Positions 29,462 to 39,042 of a DNA stretch of 64,000 nucleotides are shown here, one piece after another; within the stretch, counting starts at the first letter, position 1, and every line of letters starts with the position of its first letter. The stretch is from IMG/VR virus record IMGVR_UViG_3300028394_000035; one strand, given 5' to 3'. The DNA comes from a virus. A model generated the notes under the pieces. It had not been told where the DNA came from, did no database searches, and saw nothing but the letters and a program-made list of their open reading frames with translations. The position numbers were made by a program, and so were the translations under genes.

Positions 29462-29896
29462 ATGACTAATCTTTCTAGGTACACATCTGCTGATCTTCCT
29501 GCCCTGATGGATAGGATTACTCGTAATAGTATTGGAATGGACGAATATTTTGATCGTCTATTTAACCTTCATGAAACAACATCAAATTATCCTCCATATA
29601 ATTTAGTTCAAATCAGTAGTGTAGAGTCGAGGTTAGAACTCGCACTTGCTGGATTTGCTAAAAAAGAAGTTCTTGTTTATACGCAAGATGGAAAACTTTT
29701 TATTGAAGGACAAAAAGAAGATAAAGAAACTGAAACAAATTATGTACATAAAGGTTTAGCGCAAAGAAGTTTTACTAGAACCTGGACTCTTGCTGATGAT
29801 ACAGAAGTCACTTCTGTAAATTTTGAGGACGGATTACTTACAGTAATTTTGGGAAGAATCGTTCCAGAATCGCATAAGAGAAAAGATTATCTATAA
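29462..29896 (+). CDS. hsp20: small heat-shock protein Hsp20
   Basis: NYPPYNLV, LELALAGF, HKGLAQRSFTRTWTL, FEDGLL; AAGGAG RBS. Confidence 0.97.
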   Translation: MTNLSRYTSADLPALMDRITRNSIGMDEYFDRLFNLHETTSNYPPYNLVQISSVESRLELALAGFAKKEVLVYTQDGKLFIEGQKEDKETETNYVHKGLAQRSFTRTWTLADDTEVTSVNFEDGLLTVILGRIVPESHKRKDYL

Positions 29897-29926
29897 ATAA
29901 TAGTGAGCTAAACTATCGTTGCTGCA

Positions 29927-29968
29927 GGGAGGTAACTGGCAAAATCCAGTTGCACCTCCCCTTTTTTT
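29927..29968 (+). terminator. long terminator hairpin after hsp20
   Basis: GGGAGGT-AACTGG/CCAGTT-GC-ACCTCCC stem followed by T7. Confidence 0.8.
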
Positions 29969-29978
29969 ATGCTATAAT
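29950..29978 (+). promoter_or_regulatory. sigma70-type promoter overlapping the terminator
   Basis: TTGCAC-N17-TATAAT with TGn extension. Confidence 0.7.
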
Positions 29979-29999
29979 CAAAACAGGTATGATGAAATT

Positions 30000-30404
30000 A
30001 TGTCTATCAAATTAGCACTTTTAAAATCAGGAGAAGAAGTAATCGCAGATATTAAGGAAATTATAAGCGAAGACGAGAAAGTAATTTCGTTTTTATTTTG
30101 TAATCCTTATACTGCAAAACTTCTTACGCCTCAAGTTTTAGTAGAAGATACTGAAAAAACACCAGAAAGGGAATATAGTGTTTCTTTTAATTCTTGGATG
30201 CCATTATCTTCTGAAACTGATATTGCAGTAAGCACTGACTGGGTGGTTTCAATTGTGGAACCAATAGAAATGGTAAAAAAATCTTATGAGGAGAAAATGA
30301 ATGGAAGACGAAATGATGCTACCGATGGATCAGCAAGTGGAGGAAGAGGGGGAAATAACAACTCAAGTATTAATCTTAGTGAACAGGTTGATTTTGATCA
30401 GTAA
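30000..30404 (+). CDS. conserved hypothetical protein (possible Sm-like fold)
   Basis: Start at ATG 30000 (MSIKLALLKSGEEVIADI); the longer 29919 start runs through the terminator. Confidence 0.75.
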   Translation: MSIKLALLKSGEEVIADIKEIISEDEKVISFLFCNPYTAKLLTPQVLVEDTEKTPEREYSVSFNSWMPLSSETDIAVSTDWVVSIVEPIEMVKKSYEEKMNGRRNDATDGSASGGRGGNNNSSINLSEQVDFDQ

Positions 30405-30606
30405 AATTCAAGAAGTTTTAGCAGATATAGGACAACCTGATTGTAGATTGATTGATCCTTATATTATTTCGGATAGTCAAGAATTATCTCCTTGGATGTG
30501 TGATTATACTTCTACGACTGAAATTATGATTAGTTCTGATAAAATTTTGTCTTTACTAGAACCAAAAGAAAACATACTAGAGAAATACCTTGGATTTACT
30601 AAATGA
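30301..30606 (+). CDS. conserved hypothetical protein upstream of gp43
   Basis: GAGGAG RBS 7 nt upstream; ATGA overlap with gp43. Confidence 0.7.
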   Translation: MEDEMMLPMDQQVEEEGEITTQVLILVNRLILISKIQEVLADIGQPDCRLIDPYIISDSQELSPWMCDYTSTTEIMISSDKILSLLEPKENILEKYLGFTK

Positions 30607-33098
30607 AGTTTTATACGAATGTTTATGAGAAATTCAATAAAATATATGTAAGAGGATATGAAGATGGGAATTATTTTTCATATGGAGAAGAATTTTTACC
30701 TACTTTATATGTTCTTTCTAAAAAGAAAAGTAAACATAAAACTTTAGATGGATTGGATGTAGAACCAATTCAGCCAGGTAAGATTTCCGAATGTAAAGAT
30801 TTTTTTGCAAAATATGCAATGGTAGAAGGATTTCCAATTTATGGAAATGATAATTACAAGGCACAATACATTTCAGAAAAATATCCAGAAGATGAAATAA
30901 AATTTGATATTAATAAAATTCGTTTATTTACGATTGATATTGAAGTTGCGTCTGAGGGAGGATTTCCAAATGTTTTTGATTGTGCCGAAGAACTTCTTGC
31001 AATTACTTTACAAAATTATGCAACTAAAAATATTATAACTTTTGCTTCTCGTCCCTATAATAATACTCGTAAAGATGTTCAATACGTACAATGTAGAGAC
31101 GAAGTTGATTTGGCGCATAGGTTCTTATCATTCTGGGAAGAAAACACTCCCGATGTGGTAACTGGTTGGAATTGTGAACTTTATGATATTCCTTATATTT
31201 TAGGAAGAATTGATAAAATTCTTGGGGAGAAGGATGCTCGTCGTCTTTCTCCTTGGAAAAATATCTATCGCAAGGAACTAGTAATTAAAGGAAGAGCACA
31301 AATTTCTTATGATGTTGCTGGAATATCCGTAATTGATTATTTGGATTTATATAAAAAGTTTACTTATACCAATCAAGAGTCTTATAAACTAGACCATATT
31401 GCTTTTGTTGAATTGGGTCAGAAAAAATTAGATCACTCTGAATTTGAAACCTTTAAAGATTTTTATACAAAAGACTGGCAAAAATTTATTGATTATAATA
31501 TTAAAGACGTAGAACTCGTAGATAGACTTGAAGATAAAATGAAGTTAATTGAACTTTGTTTTACGATGGCTTATGATGCAAAAGTAAATTATACAGATAT
31601 ATTTTATCAAGTAAGAACTTGGGATGCAATCATTTACAATTATTTGAAAAAAAGAAATATCGCAATTCCACAGAAAGATCGTTCTACAAAAAGTGATAAG
31701 TTTGCCGGTGCTTATGTAAAAGAACCAAAACCAGGAATATACGACTGGGTTGTTAATTTCGATTTGAATTCACTTTATCCTCATTTGATAATGGGGTATA
31801 ATGTTTCACCTGAAACTTTATTAGATAAAAAACATCCTACAGTATCTGTGGATAAAATTCTAAATAAGCAACTTGATTTTTCTGATTATAAAGATTATGC
31901 GGTATGTCCTAATGGAGCAATGTATCGTAAAGATATTCGTGGATTTCTTCCAGAACTAATGGAAAAAATGTATAATGATCGTGTCATTTATAAAAAGAAG
32001 ATGATTGAGGCAAAGAAACAATATGAAAAAACTCCAACTAAAAAATTAGAGAAAGAGATTGCTCGTTGTAATAATATACAAATGGCAAAAAAGATTTCTT
32101 TGAACTCTGCCTACGGAGCCGTAGGTAATGAATATTTTCGTTATTATAAGTTAGCAAATGCCGAAGCAATCACAACATCAGGGCAAGTTGCAATTCGTTG
32201 GATTGAAAATAAGATGAATTTGTATCTAAATAAACTCCTTAAGACAGATGAAGTTGATTATGTTATTGCTTCTGATACTGATAGTATCTACCTTCATATG
32301 GGTCCTCTGGTTGAAACTGTATACAAGGGAAGAGAGAAAACTACTGAAGGCATTGTTTCGTTCCTTGATAAGATCTGTAAGATGGAACTTGAAAAGTATA
32401 TTGAAAGTTGTTACCAAGAACTGGCAGATTATGTAAATGCCTATGATCAAAAAATGCAGATGAAACGCGAGAATATTGCTGATCGTGGAATTTGGACTGC
32501 TAAAAAAAGATACATTCTCAATGTCTGGGATAGTGAAGGTGTGCGATATGAAGAACCTAAACTTAAGATAATGGGTATTGAGGCAGTCAAATCTTCTACA
32601 CCAGCACCTTGTCGTCAAATGATTAAGGATGGGTTGAAAATTGTAATGAGTAAAACAGAAGATGAAATGATATCTTATATTGATAACTGTCGTAATACTT
32701 TTATTGAACTTTCACCAGAAGAAATATCATTTCCTCGTATGGTCTCAGATGTAAATAAACATAAAGCAGTTTCTACTCTTTATGGTAAAGGTACACCAAT
32801 TCACGCAAGGGGTGCGTTAATTTATAATCATATGATTAAAGAAAAGGGTCTGGATAAAAAGTATGCATTTATTCAAAATGGCGAAAAGATTAAGTTTTGT
32901 TACCTTAAACTTCCAAATCCAATTCGTGAAAATGTAATTTCTTTTATTCAAGAATTTCCAAAGGAACTAGCACTAGACAAATATATAGATTATGATTTAC
33001 AATTCAATAAAGCTTTTCTTGACCCAATGAAGGTCATTTTAGATGCTATTGGATGGAACGTGAAAAAAACAGTTAACTTGGAATTATTTTTTGTATAA
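30603..33098 (+). CDS. gp43: family B DNA polymerase gp43
   Basis: DIEV exonuclease motif, FDLNSLYPH, KISLNSAYG, ASDTDS; uninterrupted. Confidence 0.99.
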   Translation: MKFYTNVYEKFNKIYVRGYEDGNYFSYGEEFLPTLYVLSKKKSKHKTLDGLDVEPIQPGKISECKDFFAKYAMVEGFPIYGNDNYKAQYISEKYPEDEIKFDINKIRLFTIDIEVASEGGFPNVFDCAEELLAITLQNYATKNIITFASRPYNNTRKDVQYVQCRDEVDLAHRFLSFWEENTPDVVTGWNCELYDIPYILGRIDKILGEKDARRLSPWKNIYRKELVIKGRAQISYDVAGISVIDYLDLYKKFTYTNQESYKLDHIAFVELGQKKLDHSEFETFKDFYTKDWQKFIDYNIKDVELVDRLEDKMKLIELCFTMAYDAKVNYTDIFYQVRTWDAIIYNYLKKRNIAIPQKDRSTKSDKFAGAYVKEPKPGIYDWVVNFDLNSLYPHLIMGYNVSPETLLDKKHPTVSVDKILNKQLDFSDYKDYAVCPNGAMYRKDIRGFLPELMEKMYNDRVIYKKKMIEAKKQYEKTPTKKLEKEIARCNNIQMAKKISLNSAYGAVGNEYFRYYKLANAEAITTSGQVAIRWIENKMNLYLNKLLKTDEVDYVIASDTDSIYLHMGPLVETVYKGREKTTEGIVSFLDKICKMELEKYIESCYQELADYVNAYDQKMQMKRENIADRGIWTAKKRYILNVWDSEGVRYEEPKLKIMGIEAVKSSTPAPCRQMIKDGLKIVMSKTEDEMISYIDNCRNTFIELSPEEISFPRMVSDVNKHKAVSTLYGKGTPIHARGALIYNHMIKEKGLDKKYAFIQNGEKIKFCYLKLPNPIRENVISFIQEFPKELALDKYIDYDLQFNKAFLDPMKVILDAIGWNVKKTVNLELFFV

Positions 33099-33100
33099 CT

Positions 33101-34105
33101 ATGGACTTTTTAAAAGATATTGTAAAAGAAATTGGTGGAGAATACACACAACTGGCATCCGAAATTGACGAAACTGAAACGTATGTGGATACTGGCAGCT
33201 ACATTTTTAACGCTCTTGTATCTGGTAGCATCTTTGGTGGTGTTTCTGGGAACAAGATTACTGCAATTGCAGGGGAAACTTCTACTGGAAAAACTTTCTT
33301 CAGTCTTGCTGTCGTTAAGAATTTCCTTGATAATAATCCTACTGGATACTGTTTGTATTTTGATACTGAAGCAGCAATCACAAAATCCCTTTTGGAAGGT
33401 AGGGGAATTGACACAACTCGCTTGGTGGTTGTCAATGTAGTCACGATTGAAGATTTCCGTAATAAGACTCTGAAAGCAGTTGATTTATATTTGAAAAAAT
33501 CTAAAGACGAAAGACGACCTTGTATGTTTGTACTTGACTCTTTGGGTATGCTCTCTACTAATAAAGAAATTACAGATACACTTGCCGAGAAGGATACTCG
33601 TGATATGACTAAGGCACAACTGATTAAGGGTGCTTTTAGAATGTTGACTCTTAAGTTGGGTCAGGCAAATATTCCTATGATAGTCACCAATCACACATAT
33701 GAAAGTATGAGTCTTTATGGTGGTAAGCAAATGTCAGGTGGATCTGGATTGCAATATGCATCATCTACAATCGTATACTTATCAAAGTCAAAAGAAAAAG
33801 ATGGAACAGAAGTTATAGGAAATATTATCAAAGCAACAACAAAGAAATCAAGATTAAGTAAAGAAAACAAACAAGTTGAAATTCGGTTATTTTATGATGA
33901 ACGTGGACTTGATAAGTATTATGGATTACTTGAACTTGGTGAGATTGGTGGATTGTGGAAAAATGTCGCAGGACGTTATGAGATTGGTGGTAAAAAAATC
34001 TATGGTAAAGATATATTAAAAGATGTAGACAAGTATTTTACTCCAGAAGTAATGCAAGCACTTGACGAAACTGCACAAAAAGAATATTCTTATGGAAGCT
34101 CTTAA
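33101..34105 (+). CDS. uvsX: RecA-like recombinase UvsX
   Basis: GETSTGKT, VLDSLG, IVTNHTY, GGSGLQYASS. Confidence 0.97.
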   Translation: MDFLKDIVKEIGGEYTQLASEIDETETYVDTGSYIFNALVSGSIFGGVSGNKITAIAGETSTGKTFFSLAVVKNFLDNNPTGYCLYFDTEAAITKSLLEGRGIDTTRLVVVNVVTIEDFRNKTLKAVDLYLKKSKDERRPCMFVLDSLGMLSTNKEITDTLAEKDTRDMTKAQLIKGAFRMLTLKLGQANIPMIVTNHTYESMSLYGGKQMSGGSGLQYASSTIVYLSKSKEKDGTEVIGNIIKATTKKSRLSKENKQVEIRLFYDERGLDKYYGLLELGEIGGLWKNVAGRYEIGGKKIYGKDILKDVDKYFTPEVMQALDETAQKEYSYGSS

Positions 34106-34649
34106 TGGATTAGTTCAAGTATATGAGAATGCATTAGAAGAAAATGTATGTGATTTTTTGATTGATATGTTCGAAGAACATTCAAATAAACAAGAACGTA
34201 TAGAAAATGAAAGAAAACCAAACTTTACTCAATTTAATCTTACAGAAAATTGTAAATTAACAAAAGAGATTGAGCAAGTTCACAATCATCTTATTCAAAA
34301 AACATTTCAATATCGCAACGAATATTACGAAATGGTAGACAGAAGAGTTTTTCCAAAAGAACACGCATTTGAGCAATTTCGAATTAAACGTTATAATGAT
34401 GATGGAAATGATGAGTTTGATACTCACGTAGATGTGGTTGATTATGAAACCGCAAGAAGATTTTTATCTTTTATGTGGTATCTTAATGATGTCGAAGAAG
34501 GAGGAGAAACAAAATTTTTAAATATGATGGTCAATCCAAAGAAAGGAAATCTTCTGGTTTTTCCTCCACTTTGGATGTTTCCACATTCTGGACTAATTCC
34601 AATTAGTTCGCCAAAATATATTATTAGTACGTATTTACATTATAAGTAA
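34092..34649 (+). CDS. 2OG-Fe(II) oxygenase
   Basis: HVD...H facial triad (FDTHVD...MFPHSG) and LNDVEEGGET; start taken at ATG 34092. Confidence 0.9.
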   Translation: MEALNGLVQVYENALEENVCDFLIDMFEEHSNKQERIENERKPNFTQFNLTENCKLTKEIEQVHNHLIQKTFQYRNEYYEMVDRRVFPKEHAFEQFRIKRYNDDGNDEFDTHVDVVDYETARRFLSFMWYLNDVEEGGETKFLNMMVNPKKGNLLVFPPLWMFPHSGLIPISSPKYIISTYLHYK

Positions 34650-36025
34650 TGGAAAAAATTGAAACTACTATTCTTCGCAATCTTCTTTTTAATAATGAAT
34701 ATTGCAGAAAAGTATTGCCTTTTATTAAAACGGAGTATTTTGAAAACCTTCACGAGAAAGTAGTTTTTGAAGAGATTTGTAAGTTTATTGTTGCTTATGA
34801 AGAACTTGCTACTAAAGAAGTTCTTTTAATTGAAACTGAAAAAAGAACAGATATTACAGAGGATACTTACAAAACTATTTGTGATTATGTTTCAAAACTT
34901 GATGATGGACACGCAGATTTAGAATGGGTAACTGATACTACCGAAAAATGGTGTCGTGATAGAGCAATTTATCTTGCTTTGATGGAAAGTATCAAAATTG
35001 CTGATGGTCAAGATGAAAAGAAAAACAGAGATGCAATTCCAAGTATTCTTCAAGAAGCATTAGCAGTTGGTTTTGATAATAATGTTGGGCACGATTATCT
35101 AAATGATTTTGAGAAACGTTATGATTTTTATCACAAAAAACAAGAAAAAATACCATTTGATTTAGATTATTTCAATAAGATTACCAAAGGTGGTATACCA
35201 AATAAAACACTCAATATCGCTCTTGCCGGAACTGGTGTTGGCAAATCTTTGTTTATGTGCCACGTTGCTGCTTCTGTTCTTTTACAAGGAAAGAATGTTC
35301 TTTATATAACTCTTGAAATGTCAGAAGAAAAGATTGCCGAACGTATTGATGCAAATCTTTTAAATATTAATATCAAAGATATTGAAACACTTCCAAAAAT
35401 AATGTTTGAAAGTAAAGTAAATGCTATTGCAAAGAAAACACAAGGAACTTTAATCATTAAAGAATATCCAACTGCTTCAGCACATTCGGGACATTTTAGA
35501 GCATTATTAAATGAACTGCAATTGAAAAAATCATTTCGTCCTGATATTATTTTTATTGATTATTTAAATATTTGTGCTTCTTCAAGATATAAAGGTAATC
35601 TTTCGGTTAATTCTTATTCTTATATTAAATCAATTGCTGAAGAATTAAGAGGGCTTGCGGTAGAAATGAATGTTCCTATTTTTAGTGCAACACAAACTAC
35701 TCGTAGTGGTTCTACAAATTCTGATCCAGATTTGACTGATACTAGTGAGTCTTTTGGTCTTCCTGCGACTGCTGACCTTATGTTTGCTTTGATTTCTACC
35801 GAAGAATTAGAACAATTGGGACAGATTATGGTAAAGCAACTTAAGAACAGATATAATGACCCAACATCCAATAAAAGATTTGTTGTTGGAATAGATAGAG
35901 CAAAGATGAAACTTTATGATGTAGAACAAAACGCTCAAGATGGTATACTTGACGCTGGTAAAGATGAAGAGTATAATGATGAAGAAAAGAAACCTAAAAA
36001 ATCATTTGAGGGATTTAAATTCTAA
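34649..36025 (+). CDS. gp41: replicative helicase gp41
   Basis: AGTGVGKS, FIDYLNI, SATQTTR, KQLKNRY. Confidence 0.98.
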   Translation: MEKIETTILRNLLFNNEYCRKVLPFIKTEYFENLHEKVVFEEICKFIVAYEELATKEVLLIETEKRTDITEDTYKTICDYVSKLDDGHADLEWVTDTTEKWCRDRAIYLALMESIKIADGQDEKKNRDAIPSILQEALAVGFDNNVGHDYLNDFEKRYDFYHKKQEKIPFDLDYFNKITKGGIPNKTLNIALAGTGVGKSLFMCHVAASVLLQGKNVLYITLEMSEEKIAERIDANLLNINIKDIETLPKIMFESKVNAIAKKTQGTLIIKEYPTASAHSGHFRALLNELQLKKSFRPDIIFIDYLNICASSRYKGNLSVNSYSYIKSIAEELRGLAVEMNVPIFSATQTTRSGSTNSDPDLTDTSESFGLPATADLMFALISTEELEQLGQIMVKQLKNRYNDPTSNKRFVVGIDRAKMKLYDVEQNAQDGILDAGKDEEYNDEEKKPKKSFEGFKF

Positions 36026-36026
36026 T

Positions 36027-36437
36027 ATGACCCAAGTTATTGATACAAAAAAATATATTGAGTTCGTTCGTGAAACTACAAGTAAAGCAAGTAGTGATTT
36101 TCCTTCTTTGCTTTCTCGTCTAACTGAATTGGAAATTGGAGATGCAGATGTCCCTCGTCTTATGACTGCTGCATTTGGAGTGAGTGCCGAGGCAGGAGAA
36201 CTTGTAGAAATTATAAAAAAAATATTCTTGCAAGGAAAGCCATATAATGAAGAAAATATCATCCATATGAAAAAAGAGGCAGGAGATATTCTCTGGTATA
36301 TGTCTCAACTTTGCATTGCTCTTGATACTACTTTTGAAGAATTGATGGAAATTAATTACCAAAAACTATCAGCAAGATATCCAGAAGGAACTTTTGATAT
36401 TCATCGTAGTGAAAATAGAGTAGAGGGGGATTTGTAA
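36027..36437 (+). CDS. mazG: MazG-family nucleotide pyrophosphohydrolase
   Basis: EAGELVE...KKEAGDILWY; start taken at ATG 36027. Confidence 0.92.
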   Translation: MTQVIDTKKYIEFVRETTSKASSDFPSLLSRLTELEIGDADVPRLMTAAFGVSAEAGELVEIIKKIFLQGKPYNEENIIHMKKEAGDILWYMSQLCIALDTTFEELMEINYQKLSARYPEGTFDIHRSENRVEGDL

Positions 36438-36444
36438 AACATAC

Positions 36445-36476
36445 ACTCTCTCCTCTTTTGGGGAGAGTTTTTTTTT
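36445..36476 (+). terminator. rho-independent terminator after mazG
   Basis: ACTCTCTCC/GGGGAGAGT stem plus T9. Confidence 0.85.
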
Positions 36477-36483
36477 ATAAATA
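36476..36483 (+). promoter_or_regulatory. T4-type late promoter (TATAAATA)
   Basis: Exact consensus directly after the terminator. Confidence 0.85.
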
Positions 36484-36517
36484 TAAGAAAATAAGGTAGA
36501 GTAGGATATTTTTTTAT

Positions 36518-36745
36518 ATGAAAACTTTTAAAATATTTTTAGAGAATGCAGCAGAAAATCTTGCAGCACTAAGAGCAAAAAGCGAAAATCGTAAACAAGA
36601 ACTAATGCAACAAATTGCTACTCAAAGACAACAAAAAAAAGAAGATGAAGAATTAGAAAATACAATAAACAGAGAAATTGAAGAAAGAGAAAAAGCAAAA
36701 ACAAATAAAAGAAAACCCACAAAATTAGAAGACAAAAAAAGATAA
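36518..36745 (+). CDS. small charged protein with a capsid-targeting-like N-terminus
   Basis: MKTFKIFLE/N start; downstream of a late promoter. Confidence 0.7.
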   Translation: MKTFKIFLENAAENLAALRAKSENRKQELMQQIATQRQQKKEDEELENTINREIEEREKAKTNKRKPTKLEDKKR

Positions 36746-36772
36746 GATAAATAACTAGAAAACCTAGTATAA

Positions 36773-37966
36773 ATGAAGACATTTGTCCAATTCATCAAAG
36801 AAGCCACAGAAACCCTTGCATCTACTGAAGCAAAGAATAGAGGTCTTGTGGGTGATGGACACGGGGATTGGTTTGATAAGCAAGGGAAGTTAATAGCAAA
36901 AACAGTTGGCGGAAAGTTAAAATATTTTGGACAAGGTGAGAAAAAACAACAACCAGAAGTATCAGTAAAACAAAAAGTATCAACACAACAAGCAACACCT
37001 ACAACACAACAAGGACAAGTAGGACAGCAGGAAACCCAAGAGGAGCAACCAAATGGGATTGTAATTTTACTTGGTAGATTTAATCCTCCATCCAAAAATC
37101 ACGAAGCATTATTAGCAGCAGGTTATAATCAATCAATAAGAAAAAAATATGAATATCGTATCTATCCAAGTCGTATTCAGGATGGAGATTTAAATCCACT
37201 CAATCCACAATTAAAGATTTCATATATGAAATCTATGTTCTCCAAGTATGCAGATTATATTGTAGATAGTGATAATATTAAAACTATTTTTGATGTTTTA
37301 AGTTCTGTTTATAATGATGGTTATACTGATGTAGTAATTGTAACAGGGCAAGATAGACTTGGAGAATTTCAAAGTTTAGCACATAAAGGTGAAGGTCAAA
37401 ATTATCAGTTCAATAATATCGAAGTAGTTTCGTCTGGTGTAAAGGACCCTGATAGTGATGTAGAAACTGCTGGTTCTTCGTCAATGATGAGAACTGCTGC
37501 TGCACTTGGTGATTATGAAAAGTTTTCTGCTGGATTGCCACCATCTATGAAGATGGGCGAAAAACAAGAAATGTTTAATACTTTATCAAAATCAATTAAG
37601 GTAACAGAAAATACACAACTTTGGAAAATTGCACCAGAATTGGATATTAGCGGATTGAGGCAAGATTATAAAAATAATGGTCTTTTTGATGTTGGAGCAT
37701 TAGTCGAAAATCAAAATACTGGATTGATTGGAAGAATACTTCGTCGTGGTGCAAATCATTTAATTTGCGTAACGAAAGAAGGTGTAATGTTTAAGAGTTG
37801 GTTAAAAGATTTGAGAGAAGTATATGAAGTTGGAACTTGCTCTTACCGAGCACACGCACAATCAATTACACCAGGCCAACCAGTAGTTTCTTTTACGGAT
37901 GTAGAGATTAAAGAAACAATACCAAAGAAAAATATAAATATCAATAAAGCAGCAAAAGTAAAATGA
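36773..37966 (+). CDS. cytidyltransferase-like (HIGH-superfamily nucleotidyltransferase) protein
   Basis: LGRFNPPSKNHEALL, NPLNP, VTGQDR, SSSMMR; N-terminus MKTFVQFIKE/A. Confidence 0.8.
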   Translation: MKTFVQFIKEATETLASTEAKNRGLVGDGHGDWFDKQGKLIAKTVGGKLKYFGQGEKKQQPEVSVKQKVSTQQATPTTQQGQVGQQETQEEQPNGIVILLGRFNPPSKNHEALLAAGYNQSIRKKYEYRIYPSRIQDGDLNPLNPQLKISYMKSMFSKYADYIVDSDNIKTIFDVLSSVYNDGYTDVVIVTGQDRLGEFQSLAHKGEGQNYQFNNIEVVSSGVKDPDSDVETAGSSSMMRTAAALGDYEKFSAGLPPSMKMGEKQEMFNTLSKSIKVTENTQLWKIAPELDISGLRQDYKNNGLFDVGALVENQNTGLIGRILRRGANHLICVTKEGVMFKSWLKDLREVYEVGTCSYRAHAQSITPGQPVVSFTDVEIKETIPKKNININKAAKVK

Positions 37967-39042
37967 GAACTTGGAAGGAAGTTATACAAGAAGCAAGTGC
38001 TACTGAAATTAAAAGAGCAGGAGAAGCAGCATTACGAGATGAAAGAAATAAAAATAAAGCAGAAAAAATAACAAAAGGCAAATCTTCTTATCAGGATTAT
38101 TTGGAAAAACAACTTGCATTTAAAAAGGACAAATACGAAGCACAAAAAAAAGCACAAATTGAAAGAGCGAAAGAAAAAAATGTCCAAGGACCTTTAGATC
38201 AAGCAAAGGCGTCACTTAAAGGAATTCAAACCCAAACTATTTCGGACAAAGATAAGGAAGGCACGGCATATTCTAAACTTATGGGAAATGTTGGTTCTAC
38301 TGCTGTTGGAGTTGGTGGTGCTGTATTTCACGGTATAAGAGCATTAGCAGCAAGAAAAAAAGCAGAAACAAAAGCAAAGGAGAAACAACAAGAAAAAAGA
38401 GAAAGAAAAGCAGCTGGAAGACCACCTGGAAAAACTGAAAAAAAAGAAAATCCTTCACCCGAAGCACCAACTGCTAAAACAGAAAAATCACAAGAACAAC
38501 CAAAATTACTTGTTCCATCTACAAAAAGACTTCCTCCATCTGGAGGTACTGGTGGTCGTGGTGCTAAAAAGCAAACACTTGGACAAAGAGCAAGAAATAA
38601 TCCAGCAATTAAAGCAGGATTAATTACTCAACGTATGGAAAGTTATTCTAATTGGAGAGAAGAACTTTTAATTGAAGTAGACGAAAAAGATAAAGGAAAA
38701 AAAGAAAAAATTATAGATGTGATGAAAGGAAAAAATACAATCATTATCAATCCAGAAGATAAAAAGGTAAATGAAGAATCTGCTGCTTGGCAAAGAAAGG
38801 AGGGAAAGAATCCAGAAGGTGGATTAAATGCAAAAGGAATTGCGTCTTATCGTAAAGAAAATCCTGGTTCAAAACTCTCTCTTGCTGTGACTACTCCACC
38901 ATCAAAACTTAAAAAAGGTAGTAAAGCAGCAAATCGTAGAAAGTCTTTTTGTGCTCGTATGGGAGGAATGCCTGGACCTATGAAAGACGAAAAAGGTCGC
39001 CCAACCAGAAAGGCATTAGCATTAAGAAAGTGGAATTGTTAA
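37963..39042 (+). CDS. basic modular hypothetical protein
   Basis: MRTWKEVIQE/A start; C-terminal Lys/Arg-rich module (ESAAWQRKEGKNPEGGLN...RKSFCARM...RKWNC). Confidence 0.75.
   Translation: MRTWKEVIQEASATEIKRAGEAALRDERNKNKAEKITKGKSSYQDYLEKQLAFKKDKYEAQKKAQIERAKEKNVQGPLDQAKASLKGIQTQTISDKDKEGTAYSKLMGNVGSTAVGVGGAVFHGIRALAARKKAETKAKEKQQEKRERKAAGRPPGKTEKKENPSPEAPTAKTEKSQEQPKLLVPSTKRLPPSGGTGGRGAKKQTLGQRARNNPAIKAGLITQRMESYSNWREELLIEVDEKDKGKKEKIIDVMKGKNTIIINPEDKKVNEESAAWQRKEGKNPEGGLNAKGIASYRKENPGSKLSLAVTTPPSKLKKGSKAANRRKSFCARMGGMPGPMKDEKGRPTRKALALRKWNC

Noticed and set aside
29919-29999. N-terminal extensions given by the ORF track (also 19429, 21394, 25470, 34062, 35940, 49439, 49804)
   Set aside because: They run through terminators, promoters or upstream genes; downstream ATGs fit family N-termini and/or RBS position better.
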